64,000 nucleotides of DNA from positions 23,675-87,674 of the forward strand of contig ONBI01000001.1 of the NCBI GenBank assembly GCA_900316035.1, read 5' to 3'. The stretch comes from an uncultured Eubacteriales bacterium. Lineage in GTDB: Bacteria; Bacillota_I; Bacilli_A; RFN20; CAG-288. The position numbers were made by a program, and so were the translations under genes. Below the pieces are notes generated by a model, which saw only the letters and a program-made list of their open reading frames with translations, was not told where the DNA came from and ran no database searches. Shown here piece after piece: positions 36,236-46,023 of this stretch (its first letter is position 1; every line of letters starts with the position of its first letter).

Positions 36236-36509
36236 AGTGTTAATCTCCTCGCATTTTCTCCACAAGTATAACCATTTTTCCTATCTATCACCATCCCAAA
36301 GGACAAGATTTGCGCTTTTAAAAGCCGAATTTGTCATTATCCTTTGGAAAAAGATTCTTCCTCTGTCCTTCCGGAGATGACAATTCTTCTTTTTTGTTTC
36401 TTTCAGAAACACATTGCACACTCTCTTCCTGTTGCCTTTTTCCTAGGAACCATTAGAATAAAGAGGCTTAGAAAAGAGAACGTCAATATTTATATAGAGG
36501 ATTAACCAT

Positions 36510-37595
36510 ATGAAATGGTTTGATAATACCAAAAGCAAGACCGAAGACTATCTTTTCGACCATCCGAAAGTCCGTCAGGGCCTCGATTGGGCTTGGAAGA
36601 TGTTCATCACCGTCACTTCCTGCTTCATCTTCGCCTGGGGCTTCCGCGCTTTCATCAACCCCAATATCGGCGTCGTTCAGCACTGGCTGATGCAGAACGA
36701 TAAAAGCCTGACCGAAGAAGCCGCTTTGGAACTCGTCAATCAACAAGGTATCGTCCATCTCATCTCCGGAGGAGCCTCCGGTTTCTCTCAGGCCTTAGTC
36801 AAATTCATTGAGATCTTCGCCGACATCCGAGAACAGGAACAGTTATTGATCTCTATCTTCTACTTCGCTATCAACGTTCCGCTTTTCCTTCTCGCCTGGT
36901 TCAAGATTTCCAAGCAGTTCACGATCTTCACTCTCCTCAACGTCGGTTTCGTCTCCCTCTTCAACTACATCATCCCCGATTCCTGGATTTATAACGTCAT
37001 CAATATCTATGACGATATGGTAGCCCGTTGTATCTTTGGCGGTATCTGCACCGGTATCGCCTCGGGTTCGGCGATGATGATCGGTACTTCCGCCGGCGGA
37101 AGCGATGTCATCTCCTTCTATATCGCGGAAAAGAAATCCACCACGGTCGGTCACTTCGCCTTCTATATCAACGGAGCCATCATCGTCAGCTATGTTCTCT
37201 TCGCTATCATCGGTCATACGGTCAATCCGATTGTCAACCCGCAGGAATCGAATGAAACCATCCGTCTTGCTCTTTACACTTTGATTTATCTTTTTGTCTC
37301 GGTGAATGTCATCGACCTGCTCAACACCAAGAACAAGAAGGTGGAACTGCAGATTTTCACTTCGGATGAAAAGCTTCCTCAGGTCCTCATCCACGCCTTC
37401 CCGCATTCGGCTACCATCATCGAAGCGAAAGGCGCCTACACCGGAAACAAGCGTCTGATGATCTACATGGTTGTCTCCAAGAACGAGAAGAACACCGCCT
37501 GTAAGCTGGTCCATATCGCCGACCCTTCCGCCTTCATGACCGTCATCAACATCGATCAGGTCTATGGGCGCTTCTATATGAAGCCGATTGAGTAA
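36510..37595 (+). CDS. YitT-family membrane protein (with C-terminal DUF2179)
   Basis: 361-aa ORF with multiple TM segments, GGASGFSQ / GTSAGGSD repeats and an EAKGAYTG...DPSAFMTV C-terminal domain. Confidence 0.75.
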   Translation: MKWFDNTKSKTEDYLFDHPKVRQGLDWAWKMFITVTSCFIFAWGFRAFINPNIGVVQHWLMQNDKSLTEEAALELVNQQGIVHLISGGASGFSQALVKFIEIFADIREQEQLLISIFYFAINVPLFLLAWFKISKQFTIFTLLNVGFVSLFNYIIPDSWIYNVINIYDDMVARCIFGGICTGIASGSAMMIGTSAGGSDVISFYIAEKKSTTVGHFAFYINGAIIVSYVLFAIIGHTVNPIVNPQESNETIRLALYTLIYLFVSVNVIDLLNTKNKKVELQIFTSDEKLPQVLIHAFPHSATIIEAKGAYTGNKRLMIYMVVSKNEKNTACKLVHIADPSAFMTVINIDQVYGRFYMKPIE

Positions 37596-37673
37596 TTTCT
37601 TCGAGAAGTTTAAACTAGTCGTTGTAAAATTTGTCCCTTTCGAGACAATATACTTATTGAAAGGATCCTTTTT

Positions 37674-39347
37674 ATGGCTACGAACAAAGAATTAGCAGAC
37701 CTGATTTTCCCCGACGTCAAAGAGACGGTTGAGGATTTAGAGAAGAGATATCCGCCTCGGAATTTACCGGAAGGCGCGGAAGTCACCCGTTTTGCTCCTT
37801 CCCCGACCGGTTTCCTTCATACCGGTTCTCTTTTCACGGCTTTGATCGCTTACACCTTTGCGAAACAGACAAACGGTGTCTATTTCTTCCGTTTAGAAGA
37901 TACCGACCAGAAGCGTGAAATCGAAGGAACGGGTTTAGACCTTGTCAAACAGCTGAAGAACTTCGGTATTGTCGCCGATGAAGGATATTATGGCGATCAC
38001 GAAGAAGGAAACTACGGACCTTATGTCCAGTCGAACCGTGCCGACATCTATAAAGTCGTCATCAAGGACCTGATCCGCAGAGGAAGAGCTTACCCGGATT
38101 TCTGCTCGAAGGAAGAACTTGATCAGCTCCGTCTTGTTCAGGAAGCGAATAAAGTCGTTCCGGGATACTATGGCGAATACGCCAAATACCGTGGACTCAC
38201 GGTCAAGGAATATATCGACCTTGTCAAATCCGGTAAGCCTTATGTCATCCGTTTCCGCTCGTTAGGAAATCCGGCTAACCACATCAAAGCGCACGATGAG
38301 ATCCGAGGCGACATGGAACTCACGCAGAATTATCAGGATATCGTCATCTATAAATCCGACGGTCTTCCGACCTATCATTTTGCTCACTTAGTCGATGATC
38401 ATTTCATGAGAACGACTCTTGTCACCCGTGGCGAAGAGTGGATCTCCTCGCTTCCAATCCATCTCGAACTCTTTGAAGCGATGGGTTGGAAAGCCCCGAA
38501 ATATGCGCATCTGCCGGTCATCATGGTCAATGATAAAGAGACCGGTAACAAGCGTAAGCTTTCGAAACGTAAGGATCCCGAAGCCGCGGTTTCCTATTTC
38601 CTCGGTCAGGGTTATCCGAAAGAAGGCGTCATCCGTTATCTTCTGACGATCGCTAACTCCAACTTCGAAGCCTGGATGATGGAAAATCCGAAGGCTCCTT
38701 TGACCGATTTCAAGCTCTCCTTCAACAAGTTCTCCCTCGATGGTGCCTTGTTCGATATGCCGAAGCTCAATAATATCTCCAAGGAACTTTTAGCCAATAT
38801 GGATAAGAAGACCTTCAGCGACCAGTGCTTGGAGTGGGCTTCTTCCTATAACGAAGAGTTAGCAAAGCTCATCAACTCCGACCGCAGTAAGTTTGAAGCT
38901 ATCGTCAACATCGAACGCGACCAGGAAAAACCGCGCAAGGACTATGAAAAATTCTCCGATGTCCTTCCGCATATTGCTTTCTTCTATCCCGATCACTACG
39001 ATGCCTTGCTCAAGAAGGCTCCGCTTCCGTTCAATCCGTTCCTGAAGAAAGAACTGATCAAAGAAGTTCTCGATGATTTCATCGCTACCTTCGATGTCGA
39101 GCATCAGGATGAGACCACGTGGTTCAGCAAGATGAAGGAATTAGGTTTACGCCATAACTTCATCGATGACCGCAAGGTCTACAAGAAGAATCCGACTGCC
39201 TATAACGGCTGGTATGCCGATGTCATTTCGATTATCCGTATCACGGTCTCCGCTTCTACGCAGGCCCCGAAGCTTTACGATGTCCTGAAGATCTTAGGCA
39301 AGGACGAAGTTTCCCGCCGTGTGAAAGAAGTCGAAGCCGGTCTTTGA
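37674..39347 (+). CDS. gltX: Glutamate--tRNA ligase (long form)
   Basis: 557-aa ORF with RFAPSPTGFLHTGS (HIGH region), RLEDTDQKRE and KLSKRK (KMSKS). Confidence 0.85.
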   Translation: MATNKELADLIFPDVKETVEDLEKRYPPRNLPEGAEVTRFAPSPTGFLHTGSLFTALIAYTFAKQTNGVYFFRLEDTDQKREIEGTGLDLVKQLKNFGIVADEGYYGDHEEGNYGPYVQSNRADIYKVVIKDLIRRGRAYPDFCSKEELDQLRLVQEANKVVPGYYGEYAKYRGLTVKEYIDLVKSGKPYVIRFRSLGNPANHIKAHDEIRGDMELTQNYQDIVIYKSDGLPTYHFAHLVDDHFMRTTLVTRGEEWISSLPIHLELFEAMGWKAPKYAHLPVIMVNDKETGNKRKLSKRKDPEAAVSYFLGQGYPKEGVIRYLLTIANSNFEAWMMENPKAPLTDFKLSFNKFSLDGALFDMPKLNNISKELLANMDKKTFSDQCLEWASSYNEELAKLINSDRSKFEAIVNIERDQEKPRKDYEKFSDVLPHIAFFYPDHYDALLKKAPLPFNPFLKKELIKEVLDDFIATFDVEHQDETTWFSKMKELGLRHNFIDDRKVYKKNPTAYNGWYADVISIIRITVSASTQAPKLYDVLKILGKDEVSRRVKEVEAGL

Positions 39348-39373
39348 TTCTTTAGAAAGAAGATAGGTGAGAA

Positions 39374-41041
39374 ATGGGTGAAGTAGTACAGCCGGTCAAG
39401 AAGAACTGGGTAAAGACTCTCTTTGAGACGCTGTTTCTTATCGCCTTAACGGTTCTCGCCTTAGTCTATATTCTCAAGGATGACCCGGGAAGGACGTTTG
39501 CTCTACTGAAAGAAGCGAACTTCTTCCCGCTTCTTTTAGCCTTGGCGGTTATCTTCGCCGGGATTTTCCTAGAGGCTCTTTCGATCACCCTTCTTGCCCG
39601 TCTTTATCAACCGAAATTCCATTATCTCCACGGCCTCATCAATGTCTTGGTCGGAGAATCCGTAGGAATCTATGTCAAAGCCGGCGGAAGTGTCATTCAG
39701 GAGATTACCTTCACCAAGCAAGGAATCGATGTCGCCGACGGTGCTTCGATTCTGACGATGAACTTCCTCGTCTATCAGTTTTCGATCTGCCTCTATTCGG
39801 CACTGATTGTCCTCTTCGGAACAGGTTTTGTGCAGGATGTACCGCTTGATTTATTAGGAGGCATGAGGATTTTCTGGATCGGCATCCTCTCTTTAGCTTT
39901 ACAGCTTTCTTTCCTGCTGATCATCCTGGCTCTCGCTTATTGGAGAGGTCTTCACCGCTTTGTTCTCAATACCGGAATCAATTTCTTGGCGAAGATCCAC
40001 ATCCTCAAGAAACCCGAAGAGACGAGAAGAAGACTGACGATTCAGTTTGCTACTTACCGTATCGAAATGAAGCGTCTTGCCCATCATAAGGGGTTAGTCG
40101 CCAACTTGTTAGGAATCGATCTATTGAAGGCTTTTCTCAATGCCATCGTCCCTTTGATCGTTCTTACTTCCTTGGGTGCCGATATCGCTTCGATCGGCTA
40201 TGTCAAAGCCTTCTTCGGTGCCGGTTATGTCCAGGTCATCAGTAACTCGATCGGTGTCGGTGCTCCGGAGATCGCTTTCCAAGCGATTTTCACCAATTTC
40301 CTTTCTCCGAGGACGGATGCCGCAAACCTCGCCTCGGCGGCTAACCTTCTCTGGCGTGCCCTTTCTTTCTATCTATTATCGATTGTCGGTCTTATTTCCC
40401 TTCTTTCTTATCAGGGTGCTCCGAAGATCCGCAAGGTTCTTTCCCATACTGGAACGATCTACGATCTTGACTTAAGAGCTTTGACCGATGGCGATAACGC
40501 CGATAAGGAATACATGAAGGAGATCCATAAAGGCGGAAGAAAGAAGAACGGTTCGGTTCTTCAGGAAGAGGAGATGAAAGCTTCCTTCCTCTTATTGAAA
40601 GCCAATATGATGGAGCCGATTGAAGAGGAAAAGCCTCTTACCGATGACGCAGAAGTGCAGAGAATCATCGAAGAGCAGAATAAGCGCTTAGCCGAGATCG
40701 AAAAAGAGACCTACGAAGCCAAAAAGAAGAAGAGACCGGATTCCGAAATCCGCAAAGAAGCCGATAAAGACTTTGCTTACCAAAAAGAAAAGGAAGCAAA
40801 AAAAGCCGCTAGAAGAGCCAAAAGAGAAGCCAAAAGAGATGAGAAGACAAAGAAGAAGTTAGCGAAGAATAGACCAGTCGGTTCCCATGTTTCCTTCAGC
40901 TCCGATGAAGATGGTTCCAGTCTTGTTTCCTTCACTAACGATAGCTTCGCTTTATCTTCTTCCCTCTCTTCGTCCCCGAAAGAACAGGAGGAAAAGGACA
41001 ATGGCAACCAAGAAGAAAGAAAAGACCATCCTCGCTCTTAA
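39374..41041 (+). CDS. Multi-pass membrane protein (UPF0104/LPG-synthase-TM-like) with Lys/Glu-rich tail
   Basis: 555-aa ORF with about 8 TM segments, then a highly charged tail (KKKKRPDSEIRKEADKD...KKAARRAKREAKRDEKTKKK). Confidence 0.45.
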   Translation: MGEVVQPVKKNWVKTLFETLFLIALTVLALVYILKDDPGRTFALLKEANFFPLLLALAVIFAGIFLEALSITLLARLYQPKFHYLHGLINVLVGESVGIYVKAGGSVIQEITFTKQGIDVADGASILTMNFLVYQFSICLYSALIVLFGTGFVQDVPLDLLGGMRIFWIGILSLALQLSFLLIILALAYWRGLHRFVLNTGINFLAKIHILKKPEETRRRLTIQFATYRIEMKRLAHHKGLVANLLGIDLLKAFLNAIVPLIVLTSLGADIASIGYVKAFFGAGYVQVISNSIGVGAPEIAFQAIFTNFLSPRTDAANLASAANLLWRALSFYLLSIVGLISLLSYQGAPKIRKVLSHTGTIYDLDLRALTDGDNADKEYMKEIHKGGRKKNGSVLQEEEMKASFLLLKANMMEPIEEEKPLTDDAEVQRIIEEQNKRLAEIEKETYEAKKKKRPDSEIRKEADKDFAYQKEKEAKKAARRAKREAKRDEKTKKKLAKNRPVGSHVSFSSDEDGSSLVSFTNDSFALSSSLSSSPKEQEEKDNGNQEERKDHPRS

Positions 41042-41855
41042 CCCCCAGAAGAAAGGTGTCGAAATCGTCGTTTCCCAAAGAGAGAAATATCTCATCGACG
41101 AAGAAACCTATCTCGACCATTATTTTTACCCTGGGAAAGTTCTCTCAGACGAGGAAGTCTTGCTGTTAAAGAAAGCCAGCAAGAACAAGAAAGCTTCCGA
41201 TTATCTGGTTCTTCTTTTAAGTAGAGGAAGATACACCTATCATCAGCTTTTCCAGAAACTGGAAACAAAGTATCCGCTCGGAGAAAAAGAGATCAAATCG
41301 CTTCTTGCTCCCTATGTCGAAAACGGTCTGATCGACGATAAAAGCTATGCTTTGGATTATGCTTCTTCCAAAGCTGAACAGGGATACGGAAGAAACTATA
41401 TTCTCGATGCTTTAAAAGAAAGAGGTGTCAATTCTACTCTCGCCCATTCTCCGGAAGTGATGGAAGCCATGGATTCTTCTTTGGAGGTCCTTCCGGATCT
41501 GATCACCTCTCTGAAGAAAAGAAAAAGCAATCTTTCAAGACAGAAACAGGAAGAAGCGATTCAGCAGGCGCTTCTGAGGAGAGGTTATTCCTATAGCGAA
41601 ATCGAAGAAGCTTTACGTTCCTTAAAGGAAGAAGAAACTCCGGAAGAGATTGAGAAAGCGCACGAAGAGGAGAAGTTACTTCTCAGAAACGAAGCCCGGA
41701 AATGGTATAATTCCTTTACCCGCTCTCCTAGTTTCTCTACTCTCTCCCCCATGGAGAAAAAGAAAAAGCTGACGGAGAAACTTCTCCGCCGCGGCTTCCC
41801 GTTAGCGGAAGTGAAAGAAGAATTAGATAAGAAGGAGGAATACAGCGAATTATGA
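41001..41855 (+). CDS. recX: RecX-family regulator (candidate)
   Basis: ATG at 41001 with aggagga RBS (the ORF is open from 40887). Helical-repeat pattern SDYLVLLLSRGRYTYHQL...ENGLIDDKSYALDYASSK...GYGRNYILDALKERGV. Confidence 0.55.
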   Translation: MATKKKEKTILALNPQKKGVEIVVSQREKYLIDEETYLDHYFYPGKVLSDEEVLLLKKASKNKKASDYLVLLLSRGRYTYHQLFQKLETKYPLGEKEIKSLLAPYVENGLIDDKSYALDYASSKAEQGYGRNYILDALKERGVNSTLAHSPEVMEAMDSSLEVLPDLITSLKKRKSNLSRQKQEEAIQQALLRRGYSYSEIEEALRSLKEEETPEEIEKAHEEEKLLLRNEARKWYNSFTRSPSFSTLSPMEKKKKLTEKLLRRGFPLAEVKEELDKKEEYSEL

Positions 41856-42787
41856 TCCGCGATTTTGCAGGCAGCGAAGGTCCGGTCAACGGCATCTTCA
41901 TGATCAAACAGGCGACCGAAGCCGTTTCCAATTCCGGCTCCCACTATCTTTCAATGACGTTGCAGGATACTTCCGGTACGATCGATGCCAAGAAGTGGGC
42001 AATCGAAGACGATGATGTCGCTATCTGTACCCCTGGTTCCTTGATCCGCATCAACGGCATGGCTTCCGTCTATCGGGGACATCCGCAGTTGAAGATCAAC
42101 GATCTGGAACCGGTCGGGCTTGAGGAAGTCGATATTTCGAAATACGTTCCGATGGCTCCGACTCCCCTAGAGGAGATGAAGAAGACCCTGAAAGAATATA
42201 TCGGTCTCATTAAGGATAAAGAACTCCACGATCTCACCGATGCCATCATCCAGGAAAGATACGAAGCCTATACGACCTATCCGGCAGCGGTCACCGTCCA
42301 TCATGCCTTTGTCGGTGGATTGATGTACCATTCTCTTTCGATCTGCTCAATGGCCTTAAAGACCGTCGAACAGTATCCGGAGCTTTCCCGTGACTATCTG
42401 ATTGCCGGTTCGCTTCTTCACGATATCGGAAAGACCGTCGAGTTGAGCGGCGCTACCGCTACTTCCTATACCGAGGAAGGAAACCTGTTAGGTCACATCT
42501 CCTTAGGAGCGATGATCGTCTACTCCAAAGGAAAAGAGCTTCATGTCAACGAAGAGAAGCTGATGGTTCTTACCCATATGATTCTTGCCCACCACGGCGA
42601 ATATGAGTTCGGTTCCCCGAAGCAACCGATGACCGCCGAAGCCTTCGTTCTCCATGAACTGGACGAACTCGATGCAAAGCTTGCTACCCTTCATAACGCC
42701 TATGCAGCGACGGCCGAAGGAGCCTATACCGGGCGCATCGTCTGGATGGAAAACCAGAATTTCTATAAGCCTCATAAGTTGGATTGA
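41852..42787 (+). CDS. yhaM: 3'-5' exoribonuclease YhaM (OB fold + HD domain)
   Basis: 311-aa ORF with HHAFVGGLMYHSLS and LLHDIGK HD-domain motifs after an N-terminal OB-like region. Confidence 0.85.
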   Translation: MIRDFAGSEGPVNGIFMIKQATEAVSNSGSHYLSMTLQDTSGTIDAKKWAIEDDDVAICTPGSLIRINGMASVYRGHPQLKINDLEPVGLEEVDISKYVPMAPTPLEEMKKTLKEYIGLIKDKELHDLTDAIIQERYEAYTTYPAAVTVHHAFVGGLMYHSLSICSMALKTVEQYPELSRDYLIAGSLLHDIGKTVELSGATATSYTEEGNLLGHISLGAMIVYSKGKELHVNEEKLMVLTHMILAHHGEYEFGSPKQPMTAEAFVLHELDELDAKLATLHNAYAATAEGAYTGRIVWMENQNFYKPHKLD

Positions 42788-42913
42788 AGCGCTTACTTTC
42801 ACCACTCGTGCGCTTTTGGGCTGAAACGGTGCAAAAAGGGGTTAGTTTTATCTTCCTTCCCTTTTCTTTCGGTGTTATATTTATTATTGCTTTTTTAGAG
42901 GAGAAACTTTCCT

Positions 42914-43774
42914 ATGGCACAAAACATTCCAAATAAAGACCGCGACGCAAGTGAAATCTATCAGGGAATCGCGGATATGTCCTTCTTGCCGAAAAAGGCC
43001 AAAGACATCAACGAGGGAAGAGAATTCCCGGTGATGGGAAAAGGACAGAAACTCTTCCGTCTTGTCTATCTCTGCCTGATGGCAGCCGGTGTTGTTGCTC
43101 TTCTTGTCTGCCTCTTCTACTTTGCCGGTCCTTCCCACAACATCGTCCGTTACTCGGATGAAAACGGCCGTGGCGGATACGGAGCCTTCGGTCTTGTGGT
43201 CACTGCCTTACTCGCTGTAGCTTTCTTAGCACAGCAGGTCTACAGCTATTTCTACGATACGAAGCTCACCTTAGAAGCCGATCCGAAAAAGAACCATCTC
43301 TATAAGGGAATCTCCGCTTGCTTCTATTATCTGGAACTTGTCCTTCTCTTCGGTTCCTATGTGACGACCTTCTTACGTTATTCGGTTCTTTACCAGACGG
43401 GTATGGGAAATGCCCTGCAGTGGACCGGCCTTATCCTCTTCCTCATTGTTCTTGCCATTGCCATCGGCGGTGTCGTTCTTGGATTTTCGAAGAAAGACGG
43501 TGCTGCGAAAGTCTATAACGCTCTTGTCTTAGGTCTTGTCCTCTATCTCGCCTTCTGCTATAGCTCCGTTCTCAGCTATGCGAAGTCTCTCAGCAACGCC
43601 GGTATCGGTGTCCTGATCGGTGGTGCTCTGATGAGCGATGTCGCTCTTATCTATTACTGCTTAGAGAAGAAACCTGGTTACCGCTCTGCTTTCCAGGTCC
43701 TCTACACCTTCATCTATGTCTTCCAGTTCATCGCTATCTTCTATTACGGTATGCTCTTAGCGACACCTCTCTAA
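42914..43774 (+). CDS. Hypothetical multi-pass membrane protein
   Basis: 286-aa ORF with about 6 hydrophobic segments and a terminator directly downstream. Confidence 0.55.
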   Translation: MAQNIPNKDRDASEIYQGIADMSFLPKKAKDINEGREFPVMGKGQKLFRLVYLCLMAAGVVALLVCLFYFAGPSHNIVRYSDENGRGGYGAFGLVVTALLAVAFLAQQVYSYFYDTKLTLEADPKKNHLYKGISACFYYLELVLLFGSYVTTFLRYSVLYQTGMGNALQWTGLILFLIVLAIAIGGVVLGFSKKDGAAKVYNALVLGLVLYLAFCYSSVLSYAKSLSNAGIGVLIGGALMSDVALIYYCLEKKPGYRSAFQVLYTFIYVFQFIAIFYYGMLLATPL

Positions 43775-43790
43775 ATTATTATCGGATTAT

Positions 43791-43825
43791 TCCGCCTCTT
43801 CTTTGTAGGAGGCGGTTTTCTTTTC
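43791..43825 (+). terminator. Intrinsic terminator
   Basis: Stem ccgcctc / gaggcgg followed by ttttcttttcc. Confidence 0.6.
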
Positions 43826-44019
43826 CTTTCGAAAAAGGGTGTTAAAAGAAGAAACAATCCGAAGGCGAAAAAGAAAGTTTAACTTGGAAAAATAAAGAAG
43901 TCTTCTCCAACCGAAAAAAGTCATCATAATTTTCTTTTCTACCTTTCTTCTTTTTCTTCTTTATAGGATAGAAATTGAATAAATATAGAGCCTGACTTAT
44001 ATCTTTAAGAGACGATATT

Positions 44020-44028
44020 TGCTATAAT
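44020..44028 (+). promoter_or_regulatory. Extended -10 element TGcTATAAT
   Basis: An exact TGnTATAAT lies about 50 nt upstream of the ATG at 44078. Confidence 0.4.
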
Positions 44029-44077
44029 TTTCTCAATTCTGCCTTTGCTGCAGAAACGAAACAAGAGGTGCGCTATC

Positions 44078-45568
44078 ATGATGGAAGAAAACGAAGAGAA
44101 CAAGACTCCGGTTGCCGCCGAAGAGGATCATACGGAAGAGACGAAAAACGAAGAAGTGAAACCTGAAGCGGAAGCTCCGGAAGAAGTCAAGAACCCGGAA
44201 GCCAGCGCTGCTGCTTCCGCTATTGCCGCTGCCGATAAACCGGAAGAAGAAAAGAGTGAAACCAGTGAACCTAAGCCGGAGACCAAGGCCGACGATATTT
44301 CGGGTACGTATAACGGAACCGATAAACCTTCCGACCCGAAGAGCCCGACTTATTTCCACAAAATCAATTATTCCAACGACGGCACCATCTCGATCGATGA
44401 ACAGATGGAGAATCTCAGAGCCGGCTATGCAAAGAAGCTCGGAAAATCCCGTATCTTCGATGTCATCTCGATTGTTCTGATGCTCTCTGCTTTCGTTGCG
44501 GTCTTACTTCTGATGTTCCTCCGCAACGAGAACACGCCGAACTGGGTCACCTGGGTCGTTCTGGTTATCGCGTTAGTCGTCATCATCGGCGCGTTTGTCT
44601 TAAGCACGGTCTTCAACAAGAAGAACGCTGCGGTCGCAAAAGAATATTTAGGCGCCTATGAAGAGCTTCTCAACGGCTTTGTCTTAAGCGATATGAATGT
44701 CGAGGATGCCAAGATCTGTGTCGATGCCAAGATCGAAGATAAGCAGATCATCGAAGCGCACTATTTCAAGGTCATCAACAAGATCGAATCGAGAGCGATT
44801 GTCGAAGGTAGCCGTAATTCCTATGGTTTCACCTTAGGCGAAGTCGCCGTTGTCATTCCTCCGGTCAAGATCAGCGACTGCAATAAGAAACCGGAAGATT
44901 TGCTTGAACTCGATGGTACGGCCTATATTCCTTCTCCGGTCGAGAACACTTTGACCGGTACTCAGGAAGTTCCGGCCAAGGATATGACCTTAGTTGATCT
45001 GAAGCTCAACGAAGAGCTCAATGGCAAAGATGCCAAGAAGAAGAGCAAGGATGAGCAGAAGGCGCAGGCCAATGCCTCCGATGAAGTCTCTTCGGGTCTC
45101 TTCGGTAAGTACTATGCCTATGACCGCTCGGTCAAGAGCGAAGAATCCGTCATCATCACCTTCATGGGAAGCAAGGAATACACCGTCCTTCCGGATTACA
45201 CCACCGGTTTCAAGGCTCTCCATGTTCCGGGACTCCGTTCGAATATCGTCGTCTATGCGGCGGATCCTAAGGAATCGGCGAAGTTCTTCGATGAGCAGGG
45301 TGTTGCTTTACTCAATGCCATCACTCCGAATATGACCGTTCAGTCTCTCTTTATCTCCCTCAACTCCTATGGTTCCAAGTGCGGTATCATGCTGAGCGAT
45401 GATATCATGCAGCTTCCGATCAAGAAGCTCGGCAGCTTAGGTGCTTACGATGCCTATAAGGAAGCGACCGATAAGGCCTTCGCCTTCATCGATTATGCCG
45501 ATGATAAGTCGGCTTCTGCTTCGCTTCCGAAAGCCGATGACGATGCTGTGGTTATCGAAGGGAAGTAA
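44078..45568 (+). CDS. Hypothetical membrane-anchored protein with acidic N-terminal region
   Basis: The ATG at 44078 follows RBS aagaggtg (the ORF is open from 44045). E/K/P-rich N-terminus, two TM segments, and a C-terminal globular part of about 300 aa. Confidence 0.55.
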   Translation: MMEENEENKTPVAAEEDHTEETKNEEVKPEAEAPEEVKNPEASAAASAIAAADKPEEEKSETSEPKPETKADDISGTYNGTDKPSDPKSPTYFHKINYSNDGTISIDEQMENLRAGYAKKLGKSRIFDVISIVLMLSAFVAVLLLMFLRNENTPNWVTWVVLVIALVVIIGAFVLSTVFNKKNAAVAKEYLGAYEELLNGFVLSDMNVEDAKICVDAKIEDKQIIEAHYFKVINKIESRAIVEGSRNSYGFTLGEVAVVIPPVKISDCNKKPEDLLELDGTAYIPSPVENTLTGTQEVPAKDMTLVDLKLNEELNGKDAKKKSKDEQKAQANASDEVSSGLFGKYYAYDRSVKSEESVIITFMGSKEYTVLPDYTTGFKALHVPGLRSNIVVYAADPKESAKFFDEQGVALLNAITPNMTVQSLFISLNSYGSKCGIMLSDDIMQLPIKKLGSLGAYDAYKEATDKAFAFIDYADDKSASASLPKADDDAVVIEGK

Positions 45569-45579
45569 ATAAAACAACT

Positions 45580-46023
45580 ATGAAGACGATGCAATTCGAA
45601 ACCTCTTCTCCGGAAGAGACGAAGAAAATCGCTAGCGATCTTGCTTCTACTCTCAAAGGTGGCGAAGTGATCAAAGCCTATGGCGATTTAGGGGCGGGAA
45701 AGACCGCTTTCTGCCAAGGCTTAGGAAAAGCCTTAGGCGTAAAGGGTATCATCAATTCCCCGACGTTCAACCTCATCAAGGTCTATCAGGGAAGCAGGTT
45801 CACTCTTTACCATGTCGATTGCTACCGCTTAGAGAAAGCGGATGAAGAACGGAAGGACCTCGGCTTAGAGGAAGTGATGGGAGACTCCCATTACATCACC
45901 TATATCGAATGGCCGATGTACGGAAACGAAGAGCTGCTCAATTATCATCCGGTCATCACCGTGAAGTTTGAAGTTCTCGACGAAGAAAGAAGAAGGATCA
46001 GTATCGAAGATGAAAGATTCTAA
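45580..46023 (+). CDS. tsaE: tRNA t6A37 biosynthesis ATPase TsaE
   Basis: 147-aa ORF with GDLGAGKTAF P-loop, SPTFNLIKVY and YHVDCYRL. Confidence 0.85.
   Translation: MKTMQFETSSPEETKKIASDLASTLKGGEVIKAYGDLGAGKTAFCQGLGKALGVKGIINSPTFNLIKVYQGSRFTLYHVDCYRLEKADEERKDLGLEEVMGDSHYITYIEWPMYGNEELLNYHPVITVKFEVLDEERRRISIEDERF

Noticed and set aside
36266-36509. Strand switch (minus-strand genes to the left, plus-strand to the right) as a replication origin
   Set aside because: There is no dnaA/dnaN nearby and no clustered TTATCCACA-type boxes (only a partial ttatccttt). polC further right is again on the minus strand.
36843-37514. 223-aa minus-strand ORF opposite the YitT-family gene
   Set aside because: The product is highly acidic and low-complexity, and lies entirely antisense to a gene with clear family motifs.
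37596-37673. T-box leaders ahead of gltX (and asnS at 48074..48098)
   Set aside because: The leaders are only about 78 nt and 25 nt, far too short for a T-box, and I saw no specifier or T-box sequence.
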